Assembly (NCBI RefSeq): GCF_001194135.2
Contig: NC_068995.1
Span: 5,036,503-5,100,502 of the forward strand
Direction of reading: 5' to 3'
Length of the DNA: 64,000 nucleotides
DNA from: Octopus bimaculoides
Lineage: Eukaryota
Part shown: positions 62,768 to 64,000 of the stretch, one piece after another
Numbering within the stretch: the first letter of the stretch is position 1
Layout: every line of letters begins with the position of its first letter
Made by a program: the position numbers and the translations under genes
The notes under the pieces: model-generated
Told to the model about the DNA's origin: nothing
The model's input: only the letters and a program-made list of their open reading frames with translations
The model's database searches: none

Positions 62768-64000
62768 TATGTACGTTCGTTTGTTCATTCGTGCGTACGT
62801 ACTTACGTACGTACTTACGTACGATCGTTTGTTCGTTCGTATGTACTTATCTACTTACGTACTTTCGTTCGTTAGTTCGTACTTACGCATGTACGTACGT
62901 ACACACGTTGGTACGCAGGTACGTACGTACGTTCGCACGTCGTACGTACGTACGTTCGTACGTACGTACGTTCGTACGTACGTTCGCACGTCGTACGTAC
63001 GTTCGCACGTCGTACGTACGTTCGCACGTCGTACGTACGTACGTTCGCACGTCGTACGTACGTACGTTCGCACGTCGTACGTACGTTCGCACGTCGTACG
63101 TACGTACGTATGTACGTACCTTCGTTAGTCCGTTTGTACGTACGTTCGTTCGTTCGGTCGTTCGTTCATTCGTTCGTCCTTTCCTTCGTACGTACGTTTG
63201 TTCCTTAATTCTTTCGTTCGTTCGTTCTTTCGTTCGTCTGTTCGTTTGAACGTAAGTTCGTTCGTACGTGTTTACGTACGTATGTACGTTCTTTAGTTCG
63301 TTTTTTCTTTCTTTCGTTCGTTCTTTAGTTCCTTCGTTCGTACGTTACATTATTTCGTTTGTGCGTTCGTTGAATCTTTCGTTGATTCGTACGTACGTAC
63401 ATAAGTACTACGTATGTTCGTTCCTTCGATCGTTCGTTCGTTTGTACGTAATTACGTTCGTTCGTTCGTACTTACGTACGTTCGAAGGAACGAACGAAAG
63501 TACGCAAGTACGTACGAACGAAAGAATAAATATATATATATAAATAAATAAACAAATAGATATATATAAATAAACAAATAGATATATATAAATAAATAAA
63601 TAGATATATAAATGAATATATATATTTATATATATATATATATATATATACGTTCGTTCGATCGTTCTTACGTACGTACGTTCGTTCATTCGTACGTATG
63701 TACATACCTACCTACATACGTACGTTTGTTCCCTCGTTCATTCGTACAGTCCTTAATTTCGTTCATACGTGCGTTCGTTCGTTAGTACGTAGGTACGAAC
63801 GTACGTACGTTCCTGCGTTCGTTCGTTTGTTCGTACATACGTAATTACGTACGTACGTTCTTTCGTTCGTTCATACATACGTAATTACGTACGTTCTTTC
63901 GTTCGTTCGTACGTACGTTTGTTCCTTAATTCTTTCGTTCGTTCGTTCGTTTGAACGTAAGTTCGTTCGTACGTGTTTACGTTCGTTTTTTTCTTTATTT
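62768..64000. repeat. CpG-rich complex satellite of TACG/TTCG units with a 19/23-bp higher-order repeat
   Basis: GTTCGCACGTCGTAC(GTAC)1-2 at 62931, 62982, 63001, 63020, 63043, 63066 and 63085. Confidence 0.92.

Noticed and set aside
62931-63105. Regularly spaced 15-19-bp repeats superficially like a CRISPR array (also 25121-25236)
   Set aside because: No unique spacers, no cas genes, eukaryotic context.
62768-64000. Idea that the TACG/TTCG array is a retro-inserted ADAR hyper-edited RNA
   Set aside because: The A after T, which ADAR prefers, is retained, while only CA positions read CG. That pattern fits CpG dynamics, not editing.

Overview
This is eukaryotic, AT-rich, microsatellite- and SINE-dense genomic DNA from a gapped draft assembly (9 N-runs). 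The repeat families and (TA)n/(CA)n/(TTA)n content point to a coleoid cephalopod, probably Octopus (inference, not verified). The supplied ORF track is mostly noise; the real genes are spliced and were rebuilt by hand from GT-AG boundaries and phases. (1) First coding exon of G6PD on the minus strand (12742-12873, ending ...HAFIILGAS); later exons were not found and probably lie left of the window. (2) Complete 4-coding-exon TAF11 (+, 21561-26940, 385 aa) with an unusually long low-complexity N-terminus. (3) Complete 10-coding-exon SAP30BP/HCNGP (+, 29450-43512, 350 aa). (4) A probable terminal exon of an unidentified minus-strand gene near 61.7 kb. The rest is decayed DNA transposons (two DD34D-type mariners, a full-length DD37D element with TIRs, a Buster-type hAT, piggyBac-, pogo- and Kolobok-like MITEs), at least four SINE families, LINE fragments and simple repeats. 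The most interesting signal is a set of minimal type-I hammerhead-ribozyme motifs from several unrelated short, ORF-less repeats: 261-305 plus a partial copy at 1-27, 4881-4925, 32946-32972, and an inverted pair at 42855-42896 and 42998-43039. Two sit in head-to-tail units of 278 and 351 nt, the architecture expected of retrozyme or Penelope-derived self-cleaving circular-RNA retroelements. Most copies carry substitutions, so activity is untested. No CRISPR, rRNA or intact tRNA genes were seen.
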